This document shows positions 12,669 to 26,838 of a stretch of DNA of 64,000 bases, in pieces. The notes beneath the pieces are model-generated. The model saw only the letters and a list, made by a program, of their open reading frames with translations. It made no database searches and had not been told where the DNA came from. How positions within the stretch are numbered: the first letter of the stretch is position 1; each line of letters opens with the position of its first letter. A program made the position numbers and the translations under genes. The stretch covers positions 27,156,001-27,220,000 of the forward strand of contig NC_043021.1 in NCBI RefSeq assembly GCF_006345805.1, read 5' to 3'. This stretch comes from Octopus sinensis. Its lineage: Eukaryota.

Positions 12669-14466
12669 CGAGAGGGGGCATCCCTGACGGACCGAACGTG
12701 CAATGTCGAAAGGTCTCAATGGACATCTATCGAGACCTTCGACATTGCACGTTCGGTCCGTCAGGGATGCCCCCTCTCGGCGCTTCTATACGTATTGACT
12801 CTTGAGCCACTACTGCGAAGCTGGCGACTCTAAGGGGCATCCCGCGAGAATTGGGATGCGGGACGAGCGTGTCTGCATACGCGGACGACGTCACCGTCAT
12901 AGTGTCTAGCCACGAGCACATCGAGCTGGTCGGCGAGACACTGAAAACTACGAAGCGGTGACAGGAGCGAAAATCAACCGGGAAAAGTCAGTGGGCTTGC
13001 GACTAGGCACCTGGAGAAGCAAGCCCATGCCGTCCACCAGCGCCTCCGTCGTGGGACGCTGGACCGACGGCCCGGTTGAGTTGCTCGGGGTCTGGTTTGG
13101 TCCGGACCTCCAAGTGGAGAAGAACTGGAACGAGATAAAGAGTAGGGTGGTCACTCTCGCCCGGCAATGGGCCGAGAGGAAACTGTCCTTAAAAGGTCGA
13201 GCGGAGGTGGCGAACACGTACATCGCGTCGTCATCTACTACCGCCTGACCGTCGTACCTTGTCCCGACCATACCATCACCAAACTACAACGCATCCTCTT
13301 TCGCTTCTTGTGGAAAGGATGCGTCCCGATGGTCAGGCGATCCATTTGCTGTCAACCACCGTTAAAAGGAGGGCGGCATGCCGTGGTTGATGATGCGCAG
13401 ACACGCGCTGAGACTGCGACATCTCTGGCTCTATGTAGACGACGGTGAACAGGTGTGGTCGCCGTTTGTGAGGCACGATTTCCCGCAGCTCGTCTCCATG
13501 ACCGAACTGCAGTCGTGGATCAAAAGAGGCCGAGGAAGGGCGAATGGCACCGCGAGTGTCGCGTTGCTCTCAAGCAACTCTGCCGTCTGGGTCGACCTTA
13601 AGTGACTTCAACACAACCAAAGCATTCTATAGGGGTTTAGTGGAGGGGAGGTACGACGACGAGCTCGGGGCGAACCTGGACGTCGACGAGGAGTACCTGA
13701 CCCGCCTGTTCGGGACGACTTTCGGGCCAGGGCCCATGGACAACTTCCAGAGATCCCTGGCCTGGCAGTGCTACCGAGAAAGCGCTACCCGTTCGGGATA
13801 AGCTCTACAGACACGGCTCGAGAAACACGGGGCCGACCTGCCCGAGATGCGGTCAGAGCGACGAAACCGTTCTGCACGCACTCGTTCAGTGTCCAACAAT
13901 TTCCGACCTGTGGGCTTATGTCGAACAACTGCTGTCACGTGTGGGACGAGTCGGTTTATCAGCTGAGTCTATCGTCAATATTGTCACGCCTCCTTCCTTC
14001 AAACGGGAAGGAAAGCTATTTCATCATCCTTGTGGCTATGGCGAAGGAATGTATCTGGTGGACGCGTCTGAAAGGATTGGAGACAAACACTTTCCTCCTG
14101 GTCAATCTCTCATCAACTTCTTCAAGTACCACTTGAAAAGGAAAGTGAGAGTAGAGAGGCAAGTTTTGTCTAGCGAATGTTTTTAAAAAAAGATGGGTGA
14201 ATGTAGCAAGAATGGCACGTATGAATGACGAAGCCACCTTGAGCATAGTAATAGAACCAGAAATCGAAAAACAGAGAGTTGCTTATTTGCAAAAAAAAAA
14301 AAAAAAAAAAAAAGAAATATAAATGTGACTTCATTGACCGAGGTTACCGTGGTCTTTTCCGCAGGCTTTCTTTCCACGGGTAAACCTCACCTGTCCTCCC
14401 CTTTACACTTCATATTGACATTTCTGTGATAACGATCCCTATTGATCATTTTTTTTCCTCTCCCCC

Positions 14467-14500
<34 letters not shown>

Positions 14501-14558
14501 CCCCCCTTATTTGTCCTCTTTCTTCCTTTTACGATCCCTTTTGATCGACTCCCCCCTT

Positions 14559-14594
<36 letters not shown>

Positions 14595-14662
14595 CTTCAA
14601 AAGAAAGCTCTACCTTGTAATTTGTTCTATCTGTGTGCAGCCCTGTGTGGCTAATAAAGAAA
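12669..14662 (+). mobile_element. Tx1/L1-clade LINE, 5'-truncated within RT, complete 3' end
   Basis: NGHLSRPFDIARSVRQGCPLS, SAYADDVTV, GAKINREKSVGL, LSLKGRAEVAN, zinc-finger-like C-terminus, pyrimidine-rich 3' UTR ending AATAAAGAAA; many single-base frameshifts. Confidence 0.9.
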
Positions 14663-14826
14663 CATATCTATCTATCTATCTATCTCCTCTCTCTCTTCCT
14701 CTCTTTCTCCTCCTCTCTTTCTCCTCCTCTCTCTCACTTTCTCTCTCTCTCTCTCCCTTTCTCTCTCTCTCTATCTATCTATCTCTCTATCTATCTATCT
14801 ATCTATATAAATATATATATATATAA

Positions 14827-14859
<33 letters not shown>

Positions 14860-15559
14860 GAGAGAGGGGTAGTCAGATAGATAGACAGGCAGGCAGACAG
14901 GCGATTTAGGGACTGGCTTAGCACCAAGAACTTTACCCCTTATAATTTATTTTATTCGTGATCCCTGATTACCAGTTCCAACTATTTCTGTTACCTGTTG
15001 TGTACTTATATGAATTCCTGGTAATTAATCAGATAGATGTTGATAGTTCAGGTATAAAGTAATTAAAAAGCTGCCTTTTTGTTTATATTTGCAAATATTT
15101 CCCCTCTCAAAGTTTCCAGAAATGTAATAGCAAGCGCTAAAAGCCCGCCACCGACCATAGTGGGGCATGAAAATTCTTTATTGGGCGTCAATACTATTTA
15201 CCCATGGAAATAGAGAACCATAGCTTCGGGTGGATGGTTAGAAACAAGCAACTTAGTTCTGTATAAACGCCATACTGACCAAAGTCCATCCTTTTCTTAT
15301 CCTTGGCTGTTGATTTGCTTTCGCTCGGACGAAGATATCGTTGTAAGGATCATTCCCTAAATTTTCAATCGATCGATTGATAATATTAAACCATGAACAC
15401 ACTCAAATGCATATCTGAGACATCTGTAAGCCTATAATATATAGGACAGGTGAAACAAGACAACAATGCCAAACTAGTCCCTAAACTCACGTGTCCTCTC
15501 TCACACTCACTTGCTGACCAAGTTTACAGTCTCTGCAGTAAGTCGACAACTGAACCCTC

Positions 15560-16250
15560 GAACTCTGTCATTTATTACACCTTCCTCCGTAATGTGGAAT
15601 GTCAGATTGAACTAAAGTTTTCTTTCTAAAATCAATAAATACCATGTATAATGGAACCTTACATTCCCTGACCATCTCCATGAGGATATTGATATTAAAG
15701 AGGAAAAACATTGGTCTATCGTGTCCACTCCTTTACGAAACCCCATCTGAACTTCCACGAACTCTTCTTTGGCAGTTCTTTACATCTTCATCAGAATTCT
15801 CATCAAGAGCTTTCTGGTAGGGTTGAGGAGAGTTATGATACAGCATTCCAAGCAGTCTGTAGTGGCCTACCTCCTTTGTAAGTGCAACGTAGGCCGTTCG
15901 TATCAAGTCGGCGAGGCCATTCACCCATTTCACAGCTTCATGAATTACCTTCGTCGTCAAACCTTTATTTTCTTCTCAATAACTGCACAGAGAGGTCATC
16001 GACACTTTTGGCTTTCTTGTAAGGCAGGCGCCGAACTACATCTCTCACTCCAACTTCCAGAATTTCTGGTTCACCGTGAGACAGGTTATTGATGCTATTA
16101 CTTTCACCGATTTAATGAGGTTCTGCGAAACCTCGCGAAGTCCCTCGCCTTTCTCCTGCTATTTCCTCACGAATATTCTTCATGCCTGTAAGAATTCGGT
16201 CTTTCTCTCCCTTAATGTGGAATTGTTTGGGGCTGGAAATTGTTTGCAAG
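15560..16250 (-). mobile_element. Decayed RTE-like LINE RT fragment
   Basis: Minus-strand YR..GMLY..ALDEN..RG.SDG, then REC.VPLYMVFIDF.K (RT motifs 1-3). Confidence 0.65.
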
Positions 16251-16346
16251 TCATTTTTCTTTCCTTTTGGTGACATAATTGGTCATTCTTCCAAATCCCC
16301 CTCTCACTCCCTCTCTACTGTCTTTCCTAACCAAATACATATATGG

Positions 16347-16381
<35 letters not shown>

Positions 16382-16825
16382 TACGTGTATGTATATATAT
16401 TATATATATAATATATATATTATATATACAGCATGTATATATAAATATATATTATACATACATACACACGTACATACATACATATCTGTAATTATTGGGG
16501 CCCTGGTATATATACCTAAATACCAATCTTAAGAAATTAGGCTTCTCAAAAACAGAAACGAGAAGAAGACTACAGATCGAAGCCATCACTGGAACTGTAA
16601 AAATCTGTAAAACTTTCCAGAAGTTTATCATTTAAATATATATGAGCATGTTTAGATATGCAAATATATGCATGAGAAGACATACATAAAACAAGACATA
16701 CAAATCTGCACATATGCATACATACAACATACATACATACATACATACATACACACACACACATACACACACATACATACATACATACATACATACATGC
16801 ATGCATACATACATACATACATACA

Positions 16826-16857
<32 letters not shown>

Positions 16858-17171
16858 AACAAATATATATATATAGGCGCAGGAGTGGCTGTGTGGTAAG
16901 TGGCTTGCTTACCAACCATATGGTTTCGGGTTCAATCCCACTGCGTGGCAAGTGTCTTTTACTATAGCCTCGAGCCGACCAAAGCCTTCTGAGTGGATTT
17001 GGTGGACCGAAACTGAAAGAAGTCCGTCGTATAAATGTATGTGTTTGTGTGTCTGTGTTTGTCTCTCCAGCATCGCTTGGCAACCGATGCTGGTGTGTTT
17101 ATGTCCCCGTAACTTAGTGGATTGGCAAAAGAGACCGATAGAATAAGTACTATTACAAAGAATACGTCCTG

Positions 17172-18294
17172 GGGTAAATTTAGTCAATAAAATCGCTATT
17201 GGCCTCAACTACAGCCTCCAGAGGACTTCAGAATCTCCTATAGCTCTTCTGGATGGTCTCCTTGTTTAAGTTGGTGAATGCTGCCTTGCTTTCAGTTCAT
17301 CTTTGGTGTTACAAGGAGTTTTGTTGGTCTCTCGCTCAACTGCACCTCACACATAATAATCAAGGGGTTTGCAGTCTGGGGAGTTAGGTGGTCAGATGTT
17401 AGGGGTAATGTGGTCACAGAAATTGTCTGACAGCCATGACTGGGTTCTCTTGCTTGTGTGGCATGGTGCAGAGTCCTATTGTCAGACACAGAGTCTTCAC
17501 CCAGGGCAACACTATCTCCTGCAAGCACTTGATGTAAGCTTCCGTGATGAGTGTGAGGCCATGTGGGAAGATGAATGGAGGCATAACGTTGCCATCACTA
17601 GTGATCACTCTAAACACCATGATGTTGACTGGATGTTTGATTTTTATCACTCTCGGTACATGTTTCGGGCACACGGCAAGCGAACGGTTGTTCTGTGTGT
17701 TCACCATCTGTTCTCGTCTGAGAAAAACCAAAGCATGTTCGGTTGGAGGGGATGCTTGTGTTTGTTCAAAAGCCTCGTTGCACAGTCTTTCTTCTTGTCC
17801 TTGGTGGTTCGGGATAAAAATTGGCCCTTTCTCATCTTGTATGAGGAATACCGAATGTCTTCATGCACTACCTATCTGACAAGAAACTCAGACACTCCCA
17901 TATTCCTGGCGACTTGGAGGGATCGTTGTCAATCATGGCTTGGATCTCACCAACAAATTCAGGAGTTCTTTCCCTATCAGAACGATCAGAGTGAGTTTTC
18001 CAAGCTGCCGTACCTTCGTAATCACCATTAGACTCATCCAACTCTTTCCAAATTTTCTGTACTGTCCTCAGATTGACACCCAAACACTCTGAAATGTTCG
18101 TATTGGATCTTCCAGCGCGAATGCCAAGCAGTACAGCATTTCGTTTCCAAATTTCTGGCAGAGTGAATTGCATCATTGTGCTGTTTTTCTGACAGACGGT
18201 GCCCAACCGACCCAACGATTCTGTGTAGTCGACAAAATTATAAACAGTGCGCAAGCACGGAATTAAAAACGTAAAATTTACCCATCGCACCCTG
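17172..18294 (-). mobile_element. Tc1/mariner superfamily, DD37D (maT) element, decayed
   Basis: I count exactly 37 residues between the D of QDSAP and the D of SPDCKPLDY. N-terminal HTH in ORF 17868..18500. TIR CAGGGTGCGATGGGTAAATTT plus TA at 18294; left TIR truncated to GGGTAAATTT by a SINE. Confidence 0.88.
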
Positions 18295-18654
18295 TATATG
18301 AATGTATGTACACGCACACATACACACACACACACACGCACACGCACGCATACACACACACACACACGCGCACATACACACACGTGCACACACACACACA
18401 CAACACACACACACGCACACACACGCATACACACACACACACGCACACACACACACATATATATATGGCAGAAATAGTTTGGGGAAATTTTATTTAACAA
18501 TAAGAAAATTTAAATACCACGACAAATTGTTTTGTAACTTAAAGCATGTAAATAATTTATATCATGATATTCGATAAATAAATTACATTTCTGCATTAAT
18601 GTAAAATGCAAAAAAAAACCTTTAGAAATAATGCATCTATATATTTGTTGTATT

Positions 18655-19482
18655 GGATGTATGTATGTATGTATGTATGTATGTATGTATGTATGTATGT
18701 ATGTATGCATGCATGTAGGTGTGTATGTATTATGTATGTAGTATGTATGTATGTATGTTGTATGTATGTATGTATGTATTGTATGTATGTATGTATGTAT
18801 GTATGTATGCATGCATGCATGCATGTATGTATGTATGTATGTATGTATGATGTATGTATGCATGTATGTATGTATGTATGTATGCATGCATGCATGTATG
18901 TATGTATGTATGTATGTATGTATGTATGTAGTATGTATGTATGTATGTATGCATGTATTATGTATGTATGTATGTATGCATGCATGCATGTATGTATGTA
19001 GTATGTATGTATGTATGTATGTATGTATGTATGTATGTATGTATGTATGTATGTATGTATGTATGTATGTATGTATGTATGTATGTATGTATGTATGTAT
19101 GCATGTATGTATGCATGTATGCATGTATGTATGTAATTATGTATATATATATGTATGTATATATATATATGTATGTATATGTATATATATGTATGTATAT
19201 ATGAATGTATATGTATAAATATATACATATGTAAATATGTATATATATATGTATATATATATATGTATATATATATATGTACATGTATGTGTATATATAT
19301 GTATGTATATATATACATACATATATATATGTATATATATATGTATATATATATATGTATATATGTATGTATATATATGTACATATATATGCATATATAT
19401 ATATGTATGTATATATTTATGTATAATATATATATATATGTGTGTGTATATGTATGTATATATATATACATACATACATACA

Positions 19483-19516
<34 letters not shown>

Positions 19517-19560
19517 CATACATACATACATACATACATACGTACATACATATATTTATG
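18655..19560. repeat. Compound (TATG)n/(TA)n microsatellite block
   Basis: Direct reading. Confidence 0.98.
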
Positions 19561-19753
19561 TGGATCAAAACAGTCTGATTCAAATTCGTTGGTACTCTTG
19601 AGTTTCAAGCGTGATGCTAGTCGTCAGTCATTTTGAATTTGAAGCTGAAGACAATCAAAGGATTTGAATCAAACTGTTTTGATCCATACATGTAAGTCTC
19701 AATAAATTGGTTCAGTGCCCTTTTGTTCGTCCACTCACTTGTATATGTATGTA

Positions 19754-19801
<48 letters not shown>

Positions 19802-19842
19802 CATGCATATATATATATACATGCATATATATATATATTACA

Positions 19843-19911
<69 letters not shown>

Positions 19912-20059
19912 CAAATAAATTATCTTATTACGGATAATTCGAAAGATAACCGATACCTGGGTAGCAAACTCACAACAGAAAAAGCACGGTTGAAGTTACG
20001 ACCATAGGGCATAAACTCCGTGCCTTAGTGCGGAAATTTGAAGTTTAATTTTTCCTATA

Positions 20060-20150
<91 letters not shown>

Positions 20151-20192
20151 GATAGTAGTGTAGATAGATAGATGATAGATGGTGTGTGGGTG

Positions 20193-20515
20193 TGAACATA
20201 TTCGTTTGAATATGTTAACCGTGTACGAAATCCCATTATAAGGCATTCATTCGTAGACCTGGAGCAGAATGCATGAGTCCAAGGTACCGCTCAGTGAGAT
20301 TGAACACGTATTTTTTACACCTTCTCTCCGGCAACATTTATTTATTCCGTCTTCCTCTGTTTCTTTCACATACACACACACTTTGCGTATCTATCTATCA
20401 ATATATCTATCTATGTGTGTGTATGTCTCTCTCTCTCTCTATCTCTCTCTCTCTCTCGCTCTCTCTATCTATCTTCTATCTATCTATCTATCCTATCTAT
20501 CTATCTATCTATCTC

Positions 20516-20548
<33 letters not shown>

Positions 20549-20855
20549 CACACCACACACCACACAACACACACACACACTATATATATATATAATATGT
20601 GTGTGTGTTGTGTGTGTGGTGAACATATTCGTTTGAATATGTTAACCGTGTAGAAATCCCATTATAAGGCATTCATTCGTAGACCTGGAGCAGAATGCAT
20701 GAGTCCAAGGTACCGCTCAGTGAGATGAACACGTATTTTTTACACCTTCTCTCCGGCAAACATTTATTCCGTCTTCCTCTGTTTCTTTCACATACACACA
20801 CACTTTGCGTATCTATCTATCAATATATCTATCTATGTGTGTGTATGTCTCTCTC

Positions 20856-20934
<79 letters not shown>

Positions 20935-20956
20935 CTCTCTCTCTCTCTATATATAG

Positions 20957-21035
<79 letters not shown>

Positions 21036-21050
21036 GGTGTGTGTGTGTGT
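20193..21050 (+). repeat. Direct tandem duplication, period about 427 bp
   Basis: TGAACATATTCGTTTGAATATGTT... starts at 20193 and 20620; unique sequence and microsatellites both repeat. Confidence 0.93.
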
Positions 21051-21220
21051 GTATGTATTTCTATCCGTACACTTCTTCTACTTCTCTTTCCCTTTCTTAC
21101 TTAGGACAGCCCTACCCCCCACTCCGACCGCCGCCACCACCACGTCATTTCTATTTTCCATTCTCATTCACCGACTTTCGCTTCTCCCGCGCATTCTTCT
21201 CCACCAGACACACTTAACAA

Positions 21221-21278
<58 letters not shown>

Positions 21279-21612
21279 GAAGACTGTAATTGTTACACAA
21301 AACATTGTGGGGGTACATATATATATATTTATACACTCACACCTATATGTACATTATTGTACGTATAGGATAGTCAACCGCTCTACACGGTGGCAGCTGC
21401 TTCACAGAAGACAATACACATACACACATACACACACACGCACGCACACACACTCATGCATACGCATTCATTCACAGCTGTATTGATAGAAAGTGGCGGC
21501 GAGGATGGTGGCGATGTTGGTGGTGATGATGAAAGAACATAGATGCGTAGAAAGGAACATACGACCAAATTTAGATACGTTTGGGTGTGTGTGTGCTTGT
21601 GTGCATGCGCAT

Positions 21613-21643
<31 letters not shown>

Positions 21644-22084
21644 TGTGCATTTTGAAAGATTGACTCAAGCACGCATACATACTCACACAAAGAAACATAT
21701 ACACACGCACATACGCACACACACTTGTACCCACTCACACACACACACACACTGACATATGTCGGCCATTGTCACCAGTGAAAACGAAAAACTGCCAATG
21801 AAAACATAACGAAACAGAAACGAGTGAAACGAGCAGACGACAGGTCCTCAAAGTGATTCTTCATGAAATCCTTAGACGTTTTGTCTAAAATTAAGATGCG
21901 ATTGTCTCGACTGGAACGCCTTTGTGTCAAAGGTGTGACCAACCAGGGCTCAGCAACGTCGTCAGTAACAACAACAATTAATTTAAATTAAAGATGATTC
22001 GCATATTGAAGCTTCGACGTCTGGGAACTGAGTCGGTAAACACCCACAGAATTATTAACCATCGTCTCAACAACCACCTTGAGC

Positions 22085-22300
22085 ACTTTTTTCAGCTCCA
22101 TGTGTTTAAACACATGTGGGCATGCCTACAAAGTTAGAAAACCGCACAGCTCACATGACTTGCGGAAACAATTTTCCACCCTCAGTGTTGCTGAAGCATG
22201 GAACAAACTCCCTGCATCAGTTGTTAGCTGCCGAGACATTGCATCCTTTAAAACCTCCATGCTTCCTGAAATTCGCCAAAACTACACCCGATATCCTCCC
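22085..22300 (+). mobile_element. CR1-clade LINE C-terminal fragment
   Basis: GHAYKVRK..RKQF.TL.VAEAWNKLPASVV..IASFK motif. Confidence 0.8.
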
Positions 22301-22439
22301 CACTCCATATGCATGCACACATATCACGACTCATACACTGTTCCCTTTCCTGACTTTTGTACATAATTCCATCTGCCGTACATCCAGCTTTGATGAGTTG
22401 TAGTGTACCTGAGCACCAGACATAATAATTTCGTTAATA

Positions 22440-22680
22440 TTTTTAATTGTTAGAAAAATGCTTAGAATCCCGAGGGCCAATAATGTGGAAGTGTTGAGGA
22501 AGATGAAAGTGAAGAGACAGTTGATGGGTACTCGCAGAAGATTTGTTGATAATTTTCTCAGAGATGATGACGGAATGGATCGTTACATGGTGGAGACGGA
22601 GCTGATGGGAAGGAGAGAGAGAGAGGAAGGCAGAGAATGAAGATGTTCGACTGGATGAAGGAGAAAATGAAGGTGCAGAG
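22440..22680 (+). mobile_element. RTE-clade LINE C-terminal fragment
   Basis: MLRIP..NVEVLRKM..RQL..R.R..G..R.RR motif. Confidence 0.55.
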
Positions 22681-23046
22681 CGGGAAAGGCCCGGGGGATA
22701 TTACGAGAGCCCCCCCCCCGCTCCATTTCCATCGCTCTTAACTTTGTAAAAGATGGAGGTATTCTTATGAAAGTCCAGAGATTTGCTTTTGAGAAATTCT
22801 GAGGAGGTCTTTTATCTTTTTTGTTTTGTCTCAATCACTGGACCGTGACCATGCTGGGGCACTGCTTTCAAGAGTTTAGTTCGAACGAATCGATCTCAGT
22901 TCTGATATTCTTTTTAAGCCAAGTACTTTTTATGATTCATGACTTTTGACGAACCGCTAAGTCACGGGGACATAAAAAAAACTAGCACCGGTTGTCAAGC
23001 GATAGTGGGAAACAAACACAAGCACAAAGAGACGCACACGCAGATA

Positions 23047-23087
<41 letters not shown>

Positions 23088-23619
23088 ACATATACATACA
23101 TATATATATATACCTATACACTCACAGACAGACGCGCGCACGCACACACACACAACGGTATTTCAGTTTTCATCTACAAAATCCACTCACAAGGCTTTGG
23201 TCGATCGGAGAAGAGCCAAAGTGTCGCGCAGTGGGACTGAACCCAGAACCATGTGGTTGGGAAGCAAGCTTCTCAATCATACACCTGCACCTCAATAAAA
23301 AAAAAATTAAATTACAAAAAAAAAGAACAACAGATATTGTTTTTGAATCCGTTTTGGAATCTTCTCACACCCACTTCTCGTCTTTTGTTCATAACCAATT
23401 TTCGTAACTTCTGCATTTTCGCCTCGCCTTTTTTCTTTGTTCAGATTTATATTTATAAAACATGGACAATTATATAACCGACACCCTCGGAAATGGATTT
23501 CTGCAAAATGTCATTTAAGAATATTCATTTTAAAAATGATGAAACAAAGTGGAGTGGAGGCGGGAGGGATTGAACTGAAGCTCCTTCAAATAATAATGAT
23601 AATGATAATGATGATGATC

Positions 23620-25335
23620 ATAACGAGAAGAACAGTCTGGGATGGTACATCAAACAGCAGAGTGAATCCTTGTTTGCCGCTGTTAGAATTAACAATACAA
23701 TATCTACCGAAAATGTGATGCACCGACAAACATTTAAGAAACATCAAGAAAGAGTAAACGATTAGAAAATGGAATCACTGCATAGACAATATTCTCAGAG
23801 AAATCGAAGGAGAATACACGATCGACACTTGGAGGTGGCTAAGAAAAAGTGATCTGAAAGGACAAACTCTAAGAACTAATTACACAATGTTCCAAATAGA
23901 TAAGAATGGCGAATCGCCCCTTTGTAGGATGTGTGGCAGCAGAAACGAAACAATCTCAAATATTGTGAGTGAGTGTAGCAAGCTGGCCGAAAGGAGGCAC
24001 GATAACGTGGCCAAGTTCGTCCAGTGGAGGCTATGTGAAAAGTACGGCCTGAACAGAGCACGGAAATGGTACGAACATGAACCAGAAGTCTGTAGGATAC
24101 TGTGGGATTTTACAATCCAGTGTGACTCCCTAATTGAAGCTCGGAGACCAGATAATGTTGTGCTAGATAAAGGAAAGAAGGAAACTAAGATTATAGACAT
24201 GGTAATACCTGGAGATGCAGGCAGACGTGACAAAGAACTAGGAAAGATTGATAAGTTCAGATTACTAAAAGACGAAATAGCAAGAATGTGGACCATGAGG
24301 AGAGTGTATGACATTCCAGTAGTTGTAGGGGGCAGTGGGAGCATTAACAACTAAGTTGGAGAAATATGTCAAAGAAATCGGAATTGACATGAGAGCAAAG
24401 CAAGCCCAGAAAACTGCTCTGCTGGGGACAGCTAGGATTTTGAGACTGGGATTGGATGTTGAATGTCTGCCACGATAATTAACAACCAAGTATCAAAGCT
24501 TACAATGTGCAGAAAGAGACCCTGTGAGACGTCAGACTGACGGCGGTTGTCCGCTCGCACGGAATCTACCAGAACAAAAACTGAATTAGCAAAGCTAGAC
24601 AGAACTAGGAAGGAATTCAATATGAATGGAGGACTCCACCCAATGGCAGGAGTAGCAAGATTATAACTACCTAAAAAGGAAGGTGGAAGAGGGTTAATAT
24701 TAGTAGAAGACTGTGTGGAGTTAGCTAGAGTAGATATAGATGCCTATGTAGGTAACAGTGAAGAAAGTTTATTAAAGGCTCCTAGAGTCACAGCAAGACA
24801 TAGGGAAACCAAAACACCATACGAACTTAAAAATCAGAAAAATGAACAGAAATTATCTCACTGACAGTAGAAGGCTTTGCATGGTAGATTCCCAAAGATA
24901 GCTTCAGCAAATAGTAGTAATGAGACATGGTTATGGTTGCAGAAAGGGAAGTTGAAGTGGGAGACAGAAAGGTTGTTAATAGCTGCATAAGATCAAGCAT
25001 TAAGGACTAATTGGATAAAAGCCAAGATAGACAAAAACCAAGAAGAATCCCAATGTAGGTAATGCAAATCAAAAGAGAAATGTGTTACTCATATAGGAAG
25101 TGAATGTAGCATGCTGGCACAGAAAGAATTCAAGGAAAGACATGACAACATAGAGTGAGTAATCCACTGGGAGTTATGTAGAAAGCTAGGAATTGAACAT
25201 ACTGATAAATGGTATGAACAGGAATCTAGTAAAGTACTAAAAAGTAAGAAATACAAGATGTTATGAGACTTTAACATTCAGACTGACAGAGTAATAGAAG
25301 CTAGGAGGCCTGATTTAGTAGTAGTAAAGTGTGAA
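23620..25335 (+). mobile_element. Two head-to-tail R4/Dong-like LINE 3' fragments (about 23620-24460 and 24480-25335)
   Basis: Both carry CR.C....ET..HI.SEC..LA..RHD, KWYE.EP..ILWDF.IQ.D..IEARRPD. The first ends QKTALLGTARILR. The second has GGRGL and LHGRF..WL.KG.LK.ET..L.AA.DQAL. Confidence 0.88.
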
Positions 25336-25547
25336 CTAACATGAGCTTCACTCGACTCCGAACTCTGAACTTTTGAACTCACTCGGATCGTTACAATTTA
25401 TACTTTACTCGGACCAGTCTATCTCTCGCAAAGGGGTATCGTAACTCTCAAAGGCAAAGTCGATCTCGGCGAAATTTGAACTCGGAATGTAAGGATGGAC
25501 GAAATGCCGCTATGTATTTTGCCTGACGTGCTAACGATTCTGCCACC

Positions 25548-25603
<56 letters not shown>

Positions 25604-25949
25604 GTTTCAAATTTTTCCACAAGGGCAGCCATTTTGGTAGCGGGGATGAATCAATTACATCGACCCCAGTGTTTCACTGGTACTTAATTTATCGACTCCG
25701 AAATGATGAAAGGCAAAGTCGACCTCGGCGGAATTTGAACTCAGAACGTAGCGGCATTTCGCCCGTCTTTACGAAGAGTATACTATGAGGAGCCTGTTAT
25801 TAGTGGTTTGTTACACAGTGTCAGATTTACCTAAATTTTAGGCTGGCAAAAGTCTAGGACGTCTAAACCTAGCGGCCTTCCAACCAAGGTGTACAATATT
25901 TTTCACAGTCTTATAGCCATTCAAGAAGACATTAGAACGAATTTGATAA

Positions 25950-26230
25950 ATACAAGGATTGATAAAACCTAGTCAGACTGCAAGCGCAGAATGTGTGGAA
26001 AATGCTTACATGCTAACTGATCTTATGATAGATGAATTGTTTAGCTTTCTGGAGAAGGGGGCAATTGTTACCAGAAGAGCAAGTGGGATACAGAAAGAAG
26101 TCAAGGGGAACTGTTGATATTTTGTACATCGGCAGAATGATATTAAGTGAAAAGCGCAGAAGGAAGAACTTAATTATTGATTGGTTAGTCTACAAGAAAG
26201 CATTCGATAATGTACAGCAATATTAGCTTT
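25950..26230 (+). mobile_element. R4/Dong-like RT N-terminal fragment
   Basis: LPEEQ.GYRKKSRGT.D.L.I..IL..RRKNL..W..YKKAFD.V. Confidence 0.75.
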
Positions 26231-26432
26231 GGAGTCATTGGAAACATCGGGGTTCATGAGAAAGATTAACAAACAGAACAGAAAATAGAACCAAAATGTG
26301 GAATTGGGTTATAAGGAAGTGTGAAAAAAGAAAGGGAATTTTAATTTGTCATCCTTGTTACTTGTCAGATAAATTTAAAAAAAAATTTTTTTCAAGTATC
26401 CCCCAACCAACTCCTAAATATATATATATGAA

Positions 26433-26758
26433 GGCGCGTGGCTCAGTGGTTAGAGCGTCGAGCTTACGATTGTGAGGTTGTGAGCTAGATTCCCGGACCG
26501 AGCTGCGTGTTGTGTTCTTGAGCAAGACACTTTATTTCGCGTTGCTCCAGTTAACTCAGCTGTAGAAATGAGTTGCGACATCACTGGTGCCAAGCTGTAT
26601 CGGCCCCTTTGCCTTTCCCTTAGATAACATCAGTGGTGTAGAGAGGGGAGGCTGGTTTACATGGGCGACTGCTGGCCTTCCACAAACAACCTTGTCCGGA
26701 CTTACGCCACTTTCTAGGTGCAATCCCATGGTAAGTCATGACCGAAGGAGGGTCTCCC
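26433..26758 (+). mobile_element. tRNA-derived CORE-type SINE between (TA)n tracts; related copy at about 34520-34790 on minus
   Basis: A-box TGGCTCAGTGG; CORE-like block TTGTGTTCTTGAGCAAGACACTTTATTTC..CTCAGCTGTAGAAATGAGT. Confidence 0.8.
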
Positions 26759-26834
<76 letters not shown>

Positions 26835-26838
26835 GAAG

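Noticed and set aside
17369-18031. 220-aa plus-strand ORF
   Set aside because: It is the antisense of the decayed DD37D transposase and shows no recognisable domain.
18238-19910. Many YIHT/MYVC/CVCV ORFs here and elsewhere
   Set aside because: Translations of (TA)n, (TATG)n and (CA)n microsatellites.
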